Shown: piece after piece, positions 35,501-43,845 of the stretch
How the letters are laid out: every line of letters begins with the position of its first letter
Position numbering within the stretch: position 1 is the first letter of the stretch
Program-made: the position numbers and the translations under genes
IMG/VR virus record: IMGVR_UViG_3300020419_001132
From: a virus
Lineage: Duplodnaviria; Caudoviricetes
Length of the DNA stretch: 64,000 bases
Reading direction: 5' to 3' (one strand)
The notes under the pieces: model-generated
Database searches by the model: none
What the model saw: the letters and a program-made list of their open reading frames with translations, nothing else
Told to the model about the DNA's origin: nothing

Positions 35501-38500
35501 ATCCACCACTTGTACTACCTTGTAAGATTCCTGTTTTATTGTATGTACCAGTAACTCCAGATAACACAATTAAATCGCTAGTTGAAACTGTGTTTACAAC
35601 AGTACCAGATCCAGTAGATCCAGTTTGTGTAAGCGTTTCTCCTGCAGTAAGTGATATGTTTCCTGTTGTTTTAATGATCACGGTACCTGCTGTACCTGCA
35701 ATGAGTGGACTTATTGCAATTCGTGTATCACCTTGTGTAGAACCATAACCACCTGTCAGGTGTGAAGTTGCAACTTCCATTTGTACAAAATCATATCCTG
35801 CTTCAAATGTACTTAAAATTTTGTTAGAACCTAATGGTTGACTAAAAGCATCAGTATTTTGGAATGAAATACTTCTATATGTTGCACCATCACTTTCATC
35901 AAAGTTAATAGCTGTACTTGGTCTTGTAACCAGTTCTGCTGGACTATTTACATTATCAAATTGATGTTGGAATCTATCTCTATATTCTATGACTGTGTTA
36001 TTACTTACTATTGCTTGTAGTGTACCATAAAAGTTATCAGCTTCTACATCGTCTGCTTTAAGATCTAATTTATAAATTAAGTTGTTGTGTGTTGCTGTAT
36101 TTGTTGAACCAACTATAGATGCAATCTGTAACGTAATGTCATTTGTTGGAGAAGCATTTGTACCACCAAACGCTGTGCCTAATACTTTTATTTGATCACC
36201 TACAGCATAACCTTGACCTTTTGTTGTGACTGTATATGTTGCTGAAGGAGTGCCTGGCAATCCGCCAGTAACTGAAATATCTAATTTCATTCCAGATCCA
36301 CTACCTGTAAGAGTAGTTGTTGCCGCTCCTGTAATTGTGTATGGAGCACTTGGATCAGCAGTTAATGTTCCTGAAGCTGAACCTACGGTCAATGCACCAC
36401 TAATTATTAAATCACTACCTTCGCCAAGTATTCCATCACCGTCTGCGTCACTTAGGTTTGTTACACTTGCCACAACGTAATCTAGTGTTCCTGTAGCGCC
36501 TCCATGATCAATAGTTATTAAACTTTGGGCAGTAGGAGGTCTTTTAAAATCATAAACTGTAATGCTTGGATCATCAAGTGCGTTTTGATATGTACCATCT
36601 ACGTATGCTTTGATAGGCATAACCATATCGTGTGTCAAAGTAACCTGATCTGGAATCTCGTTCGGATCAGCACCTTCTGCTATTAAGCCGAATTTACCGT
36701 ATCCATTTGAACCGTTTAGTGATCTAATTTCAGAACCGTTATTTGCATAGTATGCCGCATGACAGTAGTACGTGAACATACTAACCATTTCAGATAAAGC
36801 ACCGTTGTTAGTAACAAGTCCGTATCCTAAGTCGTTAACTTGTGTAAAGTCGTTACCCAATATACTTCTGTTACCAGCTGTTTGTAAGAATATATCTCTT
36901 GATACTGAACTGTCATCAAATTGTGTTTGATCGTACCCTGTTCCGCTGTTAGAGTTTGCATCTAAATATAGTGTTGCTGTACCTTGTCCTTTATCGTAAT
37001 CAGATATCGCGTTAACTTGGTAACGTCTACCTTCTACATAAAATGGACATGGTAATTGTGGAGGACGTAGTCTTAGTCCTTCTCCTACATCACTTTGGAC
37101 AGTAATCTTAAAGTTGTTTACCTTAGTCAAAACAGTAGTAGGTAAGTTACCTACATATGCATCAACATACATACCGCCTCTAAATGCTTGTTTGTTTAAT
37201 GTTTGTGAAAAACTAGATGCAGTTTGTATGTAAGGTGATTTGACAAGTACTTGTCCTTCAGGGTCAAGAACACACATAAATCCACCGTGTCCTCTACAGG
37301 TAACGTTTCTAATAATAGTTTGATCACCCATCATAAACACGTCTAGTTCATCATTACGTAAAGGTGGATTGTATTCAACATTAAATACGTAACATATATT
37401 ATCAATCAAGTTGCCAACTAATGTACCTGTGCCTGCTTCTGCGGCTCCTAAACTTATATCTGGAGTTTCTTTAGATAATACAGAAGCCTGTCCAGCTGTA
37501 TAAGTTCCACCATAATCAATAGCGTTGGAAGTTGCACTCTTAAATGTGTGAGTATACTGATTTCCTGTCGGAGATGAACCAACGTTAATAGTAAATGTTG
37601 TTCCAGTTGTTGCTGTAATTGTTCTTTGTGTTTGGTATGCAGGATCCTGTGTAGTTACGGAACCTGCAGTTGCACTAACAAATGTATGTGTATCTATGTT
37701 AGTTGACGGAGTTACAGCTAAGACATTTACTTGCACATCACTGTTTGTAACTGCGGTAATAGGCAACTCTGTTCCAAAAGCTGGATCAGCAGTACCTGAA
37801 TTTACACCAGTACCTGTTGCTCTAGGATAAGTCTCTGTTCCTCCTGAACCGTAAGTACAACTAAATGTTAAACTATTCGCCGCTATTCTAATTTTCTCAT
37901 TTATCTTTAAAGAGTGAGCTTTTTTGACACAGTTGGTTGCCGCGGTTATAAATGTATGTGCATATTGCTGTCCTTCTGCAGAAGGACCTACGTTCACTTT
38001 AATTGTTGTTCCTCCTATAGCCATAATAGGAAGTGCTTTATTTGAAGCAGGGTCTGACGGTCTAGGATACGTATGGTTGCCCGGTGCCAGTGTACAGGTA
38101 AATGTTATGCCATTGTCATCAATCATTACATAGTCGCCTACTGAAAATGTATGAGATCCTATATTAATCTCCATATCACCAGTTGTAGGTTCGTATGTTG
38201 CACCAGTTGGTGTAAACTCTTCAGGAGTAAATAATCTTAAATTTAATACGCCCGATGAAGGATTATATGTTGTTCCTGTTGTAGGTGTAAAACTTCTTAT
38301 TTGTGGATAACTTCTTGTAACATTGAAGTCATCTGAGTTACATATGAAACTTAATCCGTTGTTATCAACTTTGACTGTTTGGCCAACTTTAAGATTGTGT
38401 GATCCAATATTAACTTGTAAGTCGCCTGTGCTTGAATTATACTTTGTAGGCATTCTATATTTTGTAACACAGTCTGCTGTAGTTCCGCCTGAGTCAAAAG

Positions 38501-41500
38501 TATGCGGATATACATCAGCTAAATTAGAAGCACCAACATTAACTGTTATTGTATTTGTATCTGCGGCAGATACCCTTATAAATCTATTGTAAACTGGATC
38601 TGTTGTTCTTGGATATGTTTTAACAGCAGTATTACCGTCTTGTGTACAAGTAAATGCAATACCGTTTGTGGCGATAGTAATTAAGTCATCAACAACCAAA
38701 TTATGATTGTTCATTGTTAAAACCATATCTCCTGTGTTACCATTATAGGTAGCTCCAGTCGGTGTATCTGTTCCTATATTATCACCAGCTACTGGTGTAA
38801 ATTGTGCTATACTATCTGTGTAAGTAGGTGCAACCCCACTTAGCAAACTGTTAGCAAGTAAACTAATATTTTGTATAGCATCTTCTGTAGCTGTTTCCTG
38901 TGTTGAGTCGCCTAGTTGAGTAAGGAGTTCGGTATATCCAAGTTCATGATATGACCCTTGTGTTTCTAGAGCTCCTTCTTGTCCACCGTTGGTTAAATCC
39001 TTAATAAGGGCATCAACAATCATTCCTGTGTCTCTACGACACTTTGCTTCGCTGTATACTAGTAACGGAAATCTATCAGCTATAAGTTGTATAGTTTCTT
39101 CAATGATATAATCTCTGTTAGCTTTCATAACAGCCGCGGCAGTTGTATAGTTTCCAACATTAGTTATTGCACTACCAACATTAATTGGTTTTTCAGGTCG
39201 GTACAGATAATGGAAACCGAATTTACCTTGTTCTGTTCCTTCCTGATTTAGGAAAGGAGTACCACCTTTTGCTACTTGTAATCCGTCAAATTCGTTATCT
39301 CTGTAAAAGTAAGTCTGTGCCCATTTACTTTGTGACACTCTTGCTTGTCTTGAATCCTTTTCTGTCTTAGGTTTTATAATTACTCTTCTAAACTCATCAC
39401 CTTTTAATGAAACATTATTGCTAAGTTTGATAGGATAATCTTCTTCATAAATACCTGTTTCTACCCTAATTGTAACTTGCTTATCTTTTACAAAGTTTCC
39501 AAATTCTATATCTTCCTCAGCTTCAAAATCCTTAGGGGACAACAGATGTACTTCAATCATGGTTGGATTAGGTTCTGCCAATCCTGTTACTGGATCTATT
39601 CCAGACTCAGCACTGACATCATTTGTGAAACTAACAATCTGTCCCAGAGCTTCAGAACGTCTACCCCTAACTACCTTACCTGGTAACAAGTCTGTATTGT
39701 TAGGATTAGTTTGATCAACATACGATGAAGAGCCGTTTGTTAAAATAATTTTGTATGTGCTTCCATAAACAATGTCTGCTCCTGCATCAATTCCATTGTT
39801 TATAATAGTTTTAATTAATTCCCATTTATCTGAAATAGCTGTAACTGCACTAGTATCAGCATCAGTTGCTTTTGTTAGTGTACCGCCTGAAGTATATGTA
39901 GCAAAACCTGTACCATCTACGGCGTTTGAAGTAACAAAACCACCTGAAGTCCAAGCACCATAAGCTGTACCGTCTACTGAACTTGTTAATCCTACATCGG
40001 TATAAAGATCAAACTGTGTTGAGTTGGCTACACTTACATAAAACTTAGTTTGATTTAACTGAGTCATTCCATTAACTTCAGTTATTGCTATTGCATTTCC
40101 ATTTGATAAACTGTGTGCCTCTAATGTAGTAATTCTTACAGGATTTGCCTGTGTTGCACCTGAAATTGTTTTTTGATTAAATGCAGTACTATATAGATCT
40201 AATGTACTTGCATCTACCCTTCTTGCTGTATAGCTATTCCCGTTTAAATTAGTCATTCCTCCTACACTATTAATTGTAATAGTATCGTTGGATTCAACAA
40301 AATGTGAAGCTGATGTTGTAATTCTTACAGGATAAGTTTTAGTAGCAGTAGCAAGATTAACTAGGCCATCGTCAAAATATTGTGCTTCATCTACTTGATA
40401 TATCAAACCTGCAATACCACCTGATGTAAATCCTGTGAATGCACTTGTATCGTATGGTAGTGTTAAAGCCGCATCATTATATAATTCAAATGTATCATCT
40501 GATATCTTCTTTATATATTTTTTCTGTCCTTCTATTTCTGTCATGCCGCCAACATTTTTTAGAAGTACAATATTTTTATCCGCCCAACCGTGATTAGCTG
40601 ATGTAGTTACCCTTCCTGGATTAGCTCTAGTAATAGCACTAATGTTCTGCTGTTGTAATAGGTTATTTTGTAGAGTTGCTAAGTGTAATTCTTTTGCAAA
40701 ATTTATAGAGGCTAGTGTTTGTGTTAACTGACTTGTAATTGCAATTCTACCACTTACTGATGAATAATATCTTTCAGCCGCCTGTCTCACTAGATAGTTG
40801 GTGTTTAATCCTCTGTTGATATCAAGTGCAATGGAGTCTGCAATTAATCCAACATCTCTTTCGCAGAGAGCAATGTCATATGCAAAATCAGGATATGTGT
40901 ATTTTAAAAATGCCTGTACTTCTGCAATAATATATCTTCTATTTTTTTCTGTTAAATTTCTAGCTTGTAAGAATACAGGGCTTACAACATCTGCTCTAAT
41001 AACTCTAGCTTCAGCTGTTCCTTGAGTATGTGTTATTTTCTGCATATAACTGCCCGGAGAAACCGGAGCAGATCTCATTAATATGTCAGCTCTCTGTGCC
41101 GCGGCATTTATTGTTTTAAATGCATAAGTGAAGGAAGTTCCTTCTTTACCTGCTGGAACACCAGCCATTGAGTCGTCACCACCCGAGCTAACATGCAATA
41201 CTTCTGGAGAACTATAAGATGTGTTATCTACATAAAATTTAGTTGCCGCCTGCATATCTTCTATGCCGGCAGGCTGTCCTTGTCCAGCTAATTCACCTGG
41301 ATGGTCATGTAGATAAAGTGCGCCAGTCATTGTATCGCCTTGACGTCTTGTTACACTCTTTCTTGGTAAACCGACGCTATCTAAAAAGTTTCCTGATAGA
41401 GTATTATCTAGGTCTGCATCTGTAATTGTATGTGTATCGTCTGCCGCAATAGTTCCGGAGACGTTTATCTTAAATGCTTGTGCATCTGCATCAACGTCAG

Positions 41501-42299
41501 TAATAGCATATGCTTTATTTGCCTCTGTATACAAGTATAATCTTGTAGCTGAAACATATCTTATGTAGTAAGTTGTTCCAGATGTAAGTCCTGTTGGATT
41601 TGTATCTTCTGCAGAGAATTTTATAGCTAGGCCGTTAGCACCAGATTCTAATCCGTGTCCACCTGACACTAATCCTTGTGCTACACTATAATGAGAAGTA
41701 ATTTCTAAAGCATTATCCACATAGGAATTTATAGTCCATGTATAATGTAATTTACCTGTTGGTTCGTCTGCAACTCTTAACGGAAGTCCAGATGTAATAT
41801 ATCTTTGATCAGCATATCCTTTTGTAATAACTAAATCGTCAACAGTAATATTTGAAACACCGTCATGTGCGGCATTTACAGCATCTGCTACTACTGTGCT
41901 GATTCCTGGATTAGCAATACCAAATCCTGCGGCGTTTAACGGTCCACCTAGTGTAGGAGATAAGTCATCTGATACTTTTGTAAATGCACTACTTATAATT
42001 AACTTGCCTGGCACAGCATAGCTAAACGTAATTGTGTCTGTTGCTCCACCACCTAGTGCGGCGTTACTGGCTAATGTTGCCAGTGTAAGTTGTGTTCCTG
42101 CATTGTTTACTAATGCTACTGTGTCAGGAGTAAGTGTATCTGGTGTATCACTTAATGTGCTAAAATTAATTTGTCCTCCTACACCAAAAACTGCGTATAG
42201 TTCAGTAAAGTTTTCATTTACTTTCTTAAAGGATTCTCTAATACTATCACCAGTACCGTCGTTACCCTCAACACCTATGTTAATTCCTTGTTTTGCCAT
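32541..42299 (-). CDS. Giant (3252 aa) tail fibre/baseplate-associated protein
   Basis: gp9/10-like N-terminus; 3 FCCH-like beta repeats; 4 TYxxxTG..H repeats; two helical CxRD units; C-terminal YADLAENY..VALQGRVPCKV chaperone-like domain. Confidence 0.85.
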   Translation of the reverse strand: MAKQGINIGVEGNDGTGDSIRESFKKVNENFTELYAVFGVGGQINFSTLSDTPDTLTPDTVALVNNAGTQLTLATLASNAALGGGATDTITFSYAVPGKLIISSAFTKVSDDLSPTLGGPLNAAGFGIANPGISTVVADAVNAAHDGVSNITVDDLVITKGYADQRYITSGLPLRVADEPTGKLHYTWTINSYVDNALEITSHYSVAQGLVSGGHGLESGANGLAIKFSAEDTNPTGLTSGTTYYIRYVSATRLYLYTEANKAYAITDVDADAQAFKINVSGTIAADDTHTITDADLDNTLSGNFLDSVGLPRKSVTRRQGDTMTGALYLHDHPGELAGQGQPAGIEDMQAATKFYVDNTSYSSPEVLHVSSGGDDSMAGVPAGKEGTSFTYAFKTINAAAQRADILMRSAPVSPGSYMQKITHTQGTAEARVIRADVVSPVFLQARNLTEKNRRYIIAEVQAFLKYTYPDFAYDIALCERDVGLIADSIALDINRGLNTNYLVRQAAERYYSSVSGRIAITSQLTQTLASINFAKELHLATLQNNLLQQQNISAITRANPGRVTTSANHGWADKNIVLLKNVGGMTEIEGQKKYIKKISDDTFELYNDAALTLPYDTSAFTGFTSGGIAGLIYQVDEAQYFDDGLVNLATATKTYPVRITTSASHFVESNDTITINSVGGMTNLNGNSYTARRVDASTLDLYSTAFNQKTISGATQANPVRITTLEAHSLSNGNAIAITEVNGMTQLNQTKFYVSVANSTQFDLYTDVGLTSSVDGTAYGAWTSGGFVTSNAVDGTGFATYTSGGTLTKATDADTSAVTAISDKWELIKTIINNGIDAGADIVYGSTYKIILTNGSSSYVDQTNPNNTDLLPGKVVRGRRSEALGQIVSFTNDVSAESGIDPVTGLAEPNPTMIEVHLLSPKDFEAEEDIEFGNFVKDKQVTIRVETGIYEEDYPIKLSNNVSLKGDEFRRVIIKPKTEKDSRQARVSQSKWAQTYFYRDNEFDGLQVAKGGTPFLNQEGTEQGKFGFHYLYRPEKPINVGSAITNVGNYTTAAAVMKANRDYIIEETIQLIADRFPLLVYSEAKCRRDTGMIVDALIKDLTNGGQEGALETQGSYHELGYTELLTQLGDSTQETATEDAIQNISLLANSLLSGVAPTYTDSIAQFTPVAGDNIGTDTPTGATYNGNTGDMVLTMNNHNLVVDDLITIATNGIAFTCTQDGNTAVKTYPRTTDPVYNRFIRVSAADTNTITVNVGASNLADVYPHTFDSGGTTADCVTKYRMPTKYNSSTGDLQVNIGSHNLKVGQTVKVDNNGLSFICNSDDFNVTRSYPQIRSFTPTTGTTYNPSSGVLNLRLFTPEEFTPTGATYEPTTGDMEINIGSHTFSVGDYVMIDDNGITFTCTLAPGNHTYPRPSDPASNKALPIMAIGGTTIKVNVGPSAEGQQYAHTFITAATNCVKKAHSLKINEKIRIAANSLTFSCTYGSGGTETYPRATGTGVNSGTADPAFGTELPITAVTNSDVQVNVLAVTPSTNIDTHTFVSATAGSVTTQDPAYQTQRTITATTGTTFTINVGSSPTGNQYTHTFKSATSNAIDYGGTYTAGQASVLSKETPDISLGAAEAGTGTLVGNLIDNICYVFNVEYNPPLRNDELDVFMMGDQTIIRNVTCRGHGGFMCVLDPEGQVLVKSPYIQTASSFSQTLNKQAFRGGMYVDAYVGNLPTTVLTKVNNFKITVQSDVGEGLRLRPPQLPCPFYVEGRRYQVNAISDYDKGQGTATLYLDANSNSGTGYDQTQFDDSSVSRDIFLQTAGNRSILGNDFTQVNDLGYGLVTNNGALSEMVSMFTYYCHAAYYANNGSEIRSLNGSNGYGKFGLIAEGADPNEIPDQVTLTHDMVMPIKAYVDGTYQNALDDPSITVYDFKRPPTAQSLITIDHGGATGTLDYVVASVTNLSDADGDGILGEGSDLIISGALTVGSASGTLTADPSAPYTITGAATTTLTGSGSGMKLDISVTGGLPGTPSATYTVTTKGQGYAVGDQIKVLGTAFGGTNASPTNDITLQIASIVGSTNTATHNNLIYKLDLKADDVEADNFYGTLQAIVSNNTVIEYRDRFQHQFDNVNSPAELVTRPSTAINFDESDGATYRSISFQNTDAFSQPLGSNKILSTFEAGYDFVQMEVATSHLTGGYGSTQGDTRIAISPLIAGTAGTVIIKTTGNISLTAGETLTQTGSTGSGTVVNTVSTSDLIVLSGVTGTYNKTGILQGSTSGGLGASSIPTTITINSGTDTFSDTARIVKDSSVQPARVPGDAGYAGGMRFLWKAKTHRVLDYNTVAELKTTGSVSIVKDETLTQATSGATAKVAKSATGTTHYLYDVVGTFDTTNTITASGSGALGANSVPTQAITDNVWAFIDIGEVAGSNIDTAGYSGGGVHEVVPASTRTLTAGAAQGATGEITVSISLLRATGHDFTQIGTGGFNDSNYPNVILGDPVNTLAEFYTDANTATSSQVWERRKGRVFFVSTDQNGFFRVGKFFSVDQATGDITFAGEIGLSNANALGFKKGVTINEFSADDSFADDSGQAVPTEKAIGNYINRALGFNIKSGAQIPGSSNRIGPGFLPLNGLSDMEGNLDMGSNLVQNVSNPASGTDATNKNYVDDNTESYNRIDNQRDFDTTSPGANEMLVATGNKILYTGPPTVGSGFVAGDVINNTLSGGSDTGTIVTISSYTDSQLGSVRKIIYSATSGTFSNGQTLTNGVSQHVIFSSNGVGYNEYTHVSKATGSDVALVVNKTATVNEYSLNYETGSIENADINAGAAIAQSKLNMTAAGTIASASGISQSDLGLAAFKADEFDATNGFIELQTATGTTDGIDPGKITHIGTDRVLGRSVAGDGAVSAITFDTVLDEGGAIRDSEFPAYSSGTDVLLRTAASTYSAKSLSDASTGDTVVLRKTAGTGIKAGAIQAEALILGGDATYEVLGLSSTTLQVKTPGQATILEASGTSSITVSMPGNLDIGETGFTGAESNFQTASSFGSNSFLGVDWIYSSFIEAPGEKDASGTGISIGAGTGFADSAADTILFVTGGSVRLKTNSTATEITGNLVPDGNNTRSLGGGSLKWNTVYASTFSGTATSAQYADLAENYLADNEYECGTVLVLGGEQEVTTTIYKGDRKVVGVVSEHPAHLMNSDLQGDHVVAVALQGRVPCKVLGKVQKGDIIVTSAIEGHGIVDNNPVVGTVIGKAIGTKDDDGYGVVEVLVGRV

Positions 42300-42310
42300 C
42301 TATTGCTCCG

Positions 42311-42661
42311 TTATGCAGGTATCTCTAATTTGTCCATATCAAAATTTACACTAACGCCACACCCACATGAGCTTTTTGCGTTAGGATTTCTAATTTCAAA
42401 GTTAGACCCAAATATTTGTTTTACATAGTCTATTTCTGTCCCAAATAAGAACATCATACTTTGTTGTCCTATTACAAGATTGCCATTTCCTGTATTAATA
42501 AGTTCGTCTCCTGGGTCTGCTTTTTCTGCAAAATCCCACTCGTATTCGAATCCTGCACATCCACCGCCTTTCATATTTAGGCTAACTGCAAATGCGTCTT
42601 TTTCTATGCATAATTCGTTGATTTTGTGTTTTGCGTTCTCTGTAAGTGTTAAAATTGACAT
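42311..42661 (-). CDS. iscA: A-type Fe-S cluster carrier (IscA/HesB)
   Basis: KGGGCAGFEY and SCGCG motifs. Confidence 0.92.
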   Translation of the reverse strand: MSILTLTENAKHKINELCIEKDAFAVSLNMKGGGCAGFEYEWDFAEKADPGDELINTGNGNLVIGQQSMMFLFGTEIDYVKQIFGSNFEIRNPNAKSSCGCGVSVNFDMDKLEIPA

Positions 42662-42680
42662 TCAAACCCCTTTGCTAGTG

Positions 42681-42688
42681 TATTTATA
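42681..42688 (-). promoter_or_regulatory. T4-late promoter TATAAATA
   Basis: Exact consensus upstream of iscA and the tail genes. Confidence 0.7.
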
Positions 42689-42707
42689 TAGAATTTTATA
42701 ATCTTAA

Positions 42708-42715
42708 TGTAAATA
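42708..42715 (+). promoter_or_regulatory. T4-late-like promoter TGTAAATA
   Basis: 5 nt upstream of ATG 42721, no SD. Confidence 0.55.
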
Positions 42716-42720
42716 TAGTT

Positions 42721-43008
42721 ATGTTTATAAATGAATATACAAAGGAGTTTAGATATTCACGCAAATCTAAACTAGGCACCGATCATCCTTATTTTAGGCA
42801 GAAAACAATAGTGGTTTTACGTTGTGATAACTGTAATAATCAGTTTGAAAGGGCTAGAGGTAGTATGAATCCTAATAGGATTAATAATAACTTCTTTCAT
42901 GTATGTTCAGAATGTGATGCAAAAGTTTTTGCACAAAGAAAAGGAATAGAAAAGAAGCAGATATGGAATTTACCTGCTTCTAGTGATTTAGATATTTCTA
43001 AGTTGTGA
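42721..43008 (+). CDS. Small Zn-finger-like protein
   Basis: CDNC..CSEC pair. Confidence 0.7.
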   Translation: MFINEYTKEFRYSRKSKLGTDHPYFRQKTIVVLRCDNCNNQFERARGSMNPNRINNNFFHVCSECDAKVFAQRKGIEKKQIWNLPASSDLDISKL

Positions 43009-43270
43009 CATATGTTGCATCTTTATAGCAACATGCATGATCTGAAGGATTATCTAATGAATGTTTGGCCGCAGTAAATACTGATTCCATCCAGTCTTCT
43101 CTCTCGTAAGGACTTACAGTATCTTTTAGTGATATCTTTACATTAGTGTCATTATCAGTAATCCAAACGTCCCATAAAGAATGTACGTTGTCTCCTACAG
43201 TTCTTTTGTTAACACTTTCTTGTATTAAAACTGTATACTTACCAATTATTTGTACTCCAGATTTGTACAT
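42998..43270 (-). CDS. Hypothetical protein
   Basis: Start moved to ATG 43270 (AAGGGA SD; avoids overlap with the 54-aa gene). Confidence 0.55.
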   Translation of the reverse strand: MYKSGVQIIGKYTVLIQESVNKRTVGDNVHSLWDVWITDNDTNVKISLKDTVSPYEREDWMESVFTAAKHSLDNPSDHACCYKDATYVTT

Positions 43271-43278
43271 TTTATCCC

Positions 43279-43443
43279 TTATTCCGATTTCCAGATAGTC
43301 CATGCGCCGTATGCAATAGCAACACCTGCCGCTATTTTAGCTAATGGAGCCATGAATAAGACTAGTAAACCTAAAATAATGCAAACTGCACCATCCCAAG
43401 TAGTACGTTCTTTTCTTCTAGTTTCAATCCATTTTTTAATCAT
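43279..43443 (-). CDS. Small membrane protein (54 aa, not in ORF track)
   Basis: MIKKWIETRRKERTTWDGAVCIILGLLVLFMAPLAKIAAGVAIAYGAWTIWKSE; AAGGAGG SD. Confidence 0.75.
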   Translation of the reverse strand: MIKKWIETRRKERTTWDGAVCIILGLLVLFMAPLAKIAAGVAIAYGAWTIWKSE

Positions 43444-43550
43444 TTTTTACCTCCTTTAAGACAGACTGTTGGCATAGGATTAATAATTCTTTTTATTCCT
43501 TCCCATACTTTTTTTAATATATATGATATTGTTTCTGTCAAGGTTATCAT
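43440..43550 (-). CDS. Small peptide (36 aa, not in ORF track)
   Basis: MITLTETISYILKKVWEGIKRIINPMPTVCLKGGKK; late promoter 4 nt upstream; ATGA coupling downstream. Confidence 0.55.
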   Translation of the reverse strand: MITLTETISYILKKVWEGIKRIINPMPTVCLKGGKK

Positions 43551-43554
43551 ACAA

Positions 43555-43562
43555 TATTTATA
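43555..43562 (-). promoter_or_regulatory. T4-late promoter TATAAATA
   Basis: Exact consensus; its TAA is the upstream stop. Confidence 0.6.
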
Positions 43563-43845
43563 TAATAAAAAGCTGGATAAAAGCCCAACTATTCATTACT
43601 GTAAACCAGCTCGTTAACACAATAGCACTACTTCTTCTAATATAACAACTAACGACAGCTAATGTGCTTCCAATTAAATACAGGGGAATAAAAAGGTGCG
43701 TAGCTGGATCTAGTATTGTGGCACTTAGAATCGCACTTCCTGCAATTAAAACTATTGCTTCAGTTACCTCGCAGTAAAATGCAACTTTACTGCGTTGATA
43801 ACTTTCTCTAAAATAATCAAAAATTTTGTTGTATAGCTCTTTCAT
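43558..43845 (-). CDS. Hypothetical membrane protein
   Basis: 95 aa, about 3 hydrophobic helices. Confidence 0.65.
   Translation of the reverse strand: MKELYNKIFDYFRESYQRSKVAFYCEVTEAIVLIAGSAILSATILDPATHLFIPLYLIGSTLAVVSCYIRRSSAIVLTSWFTVMNSWAFIQLFII

Noticed and set aside
32541-42299. Diversity-generating retroelement targeting the fibre
   Set aside because: No reverse transcriptase and no template/variable repeat pair were noticed in the window
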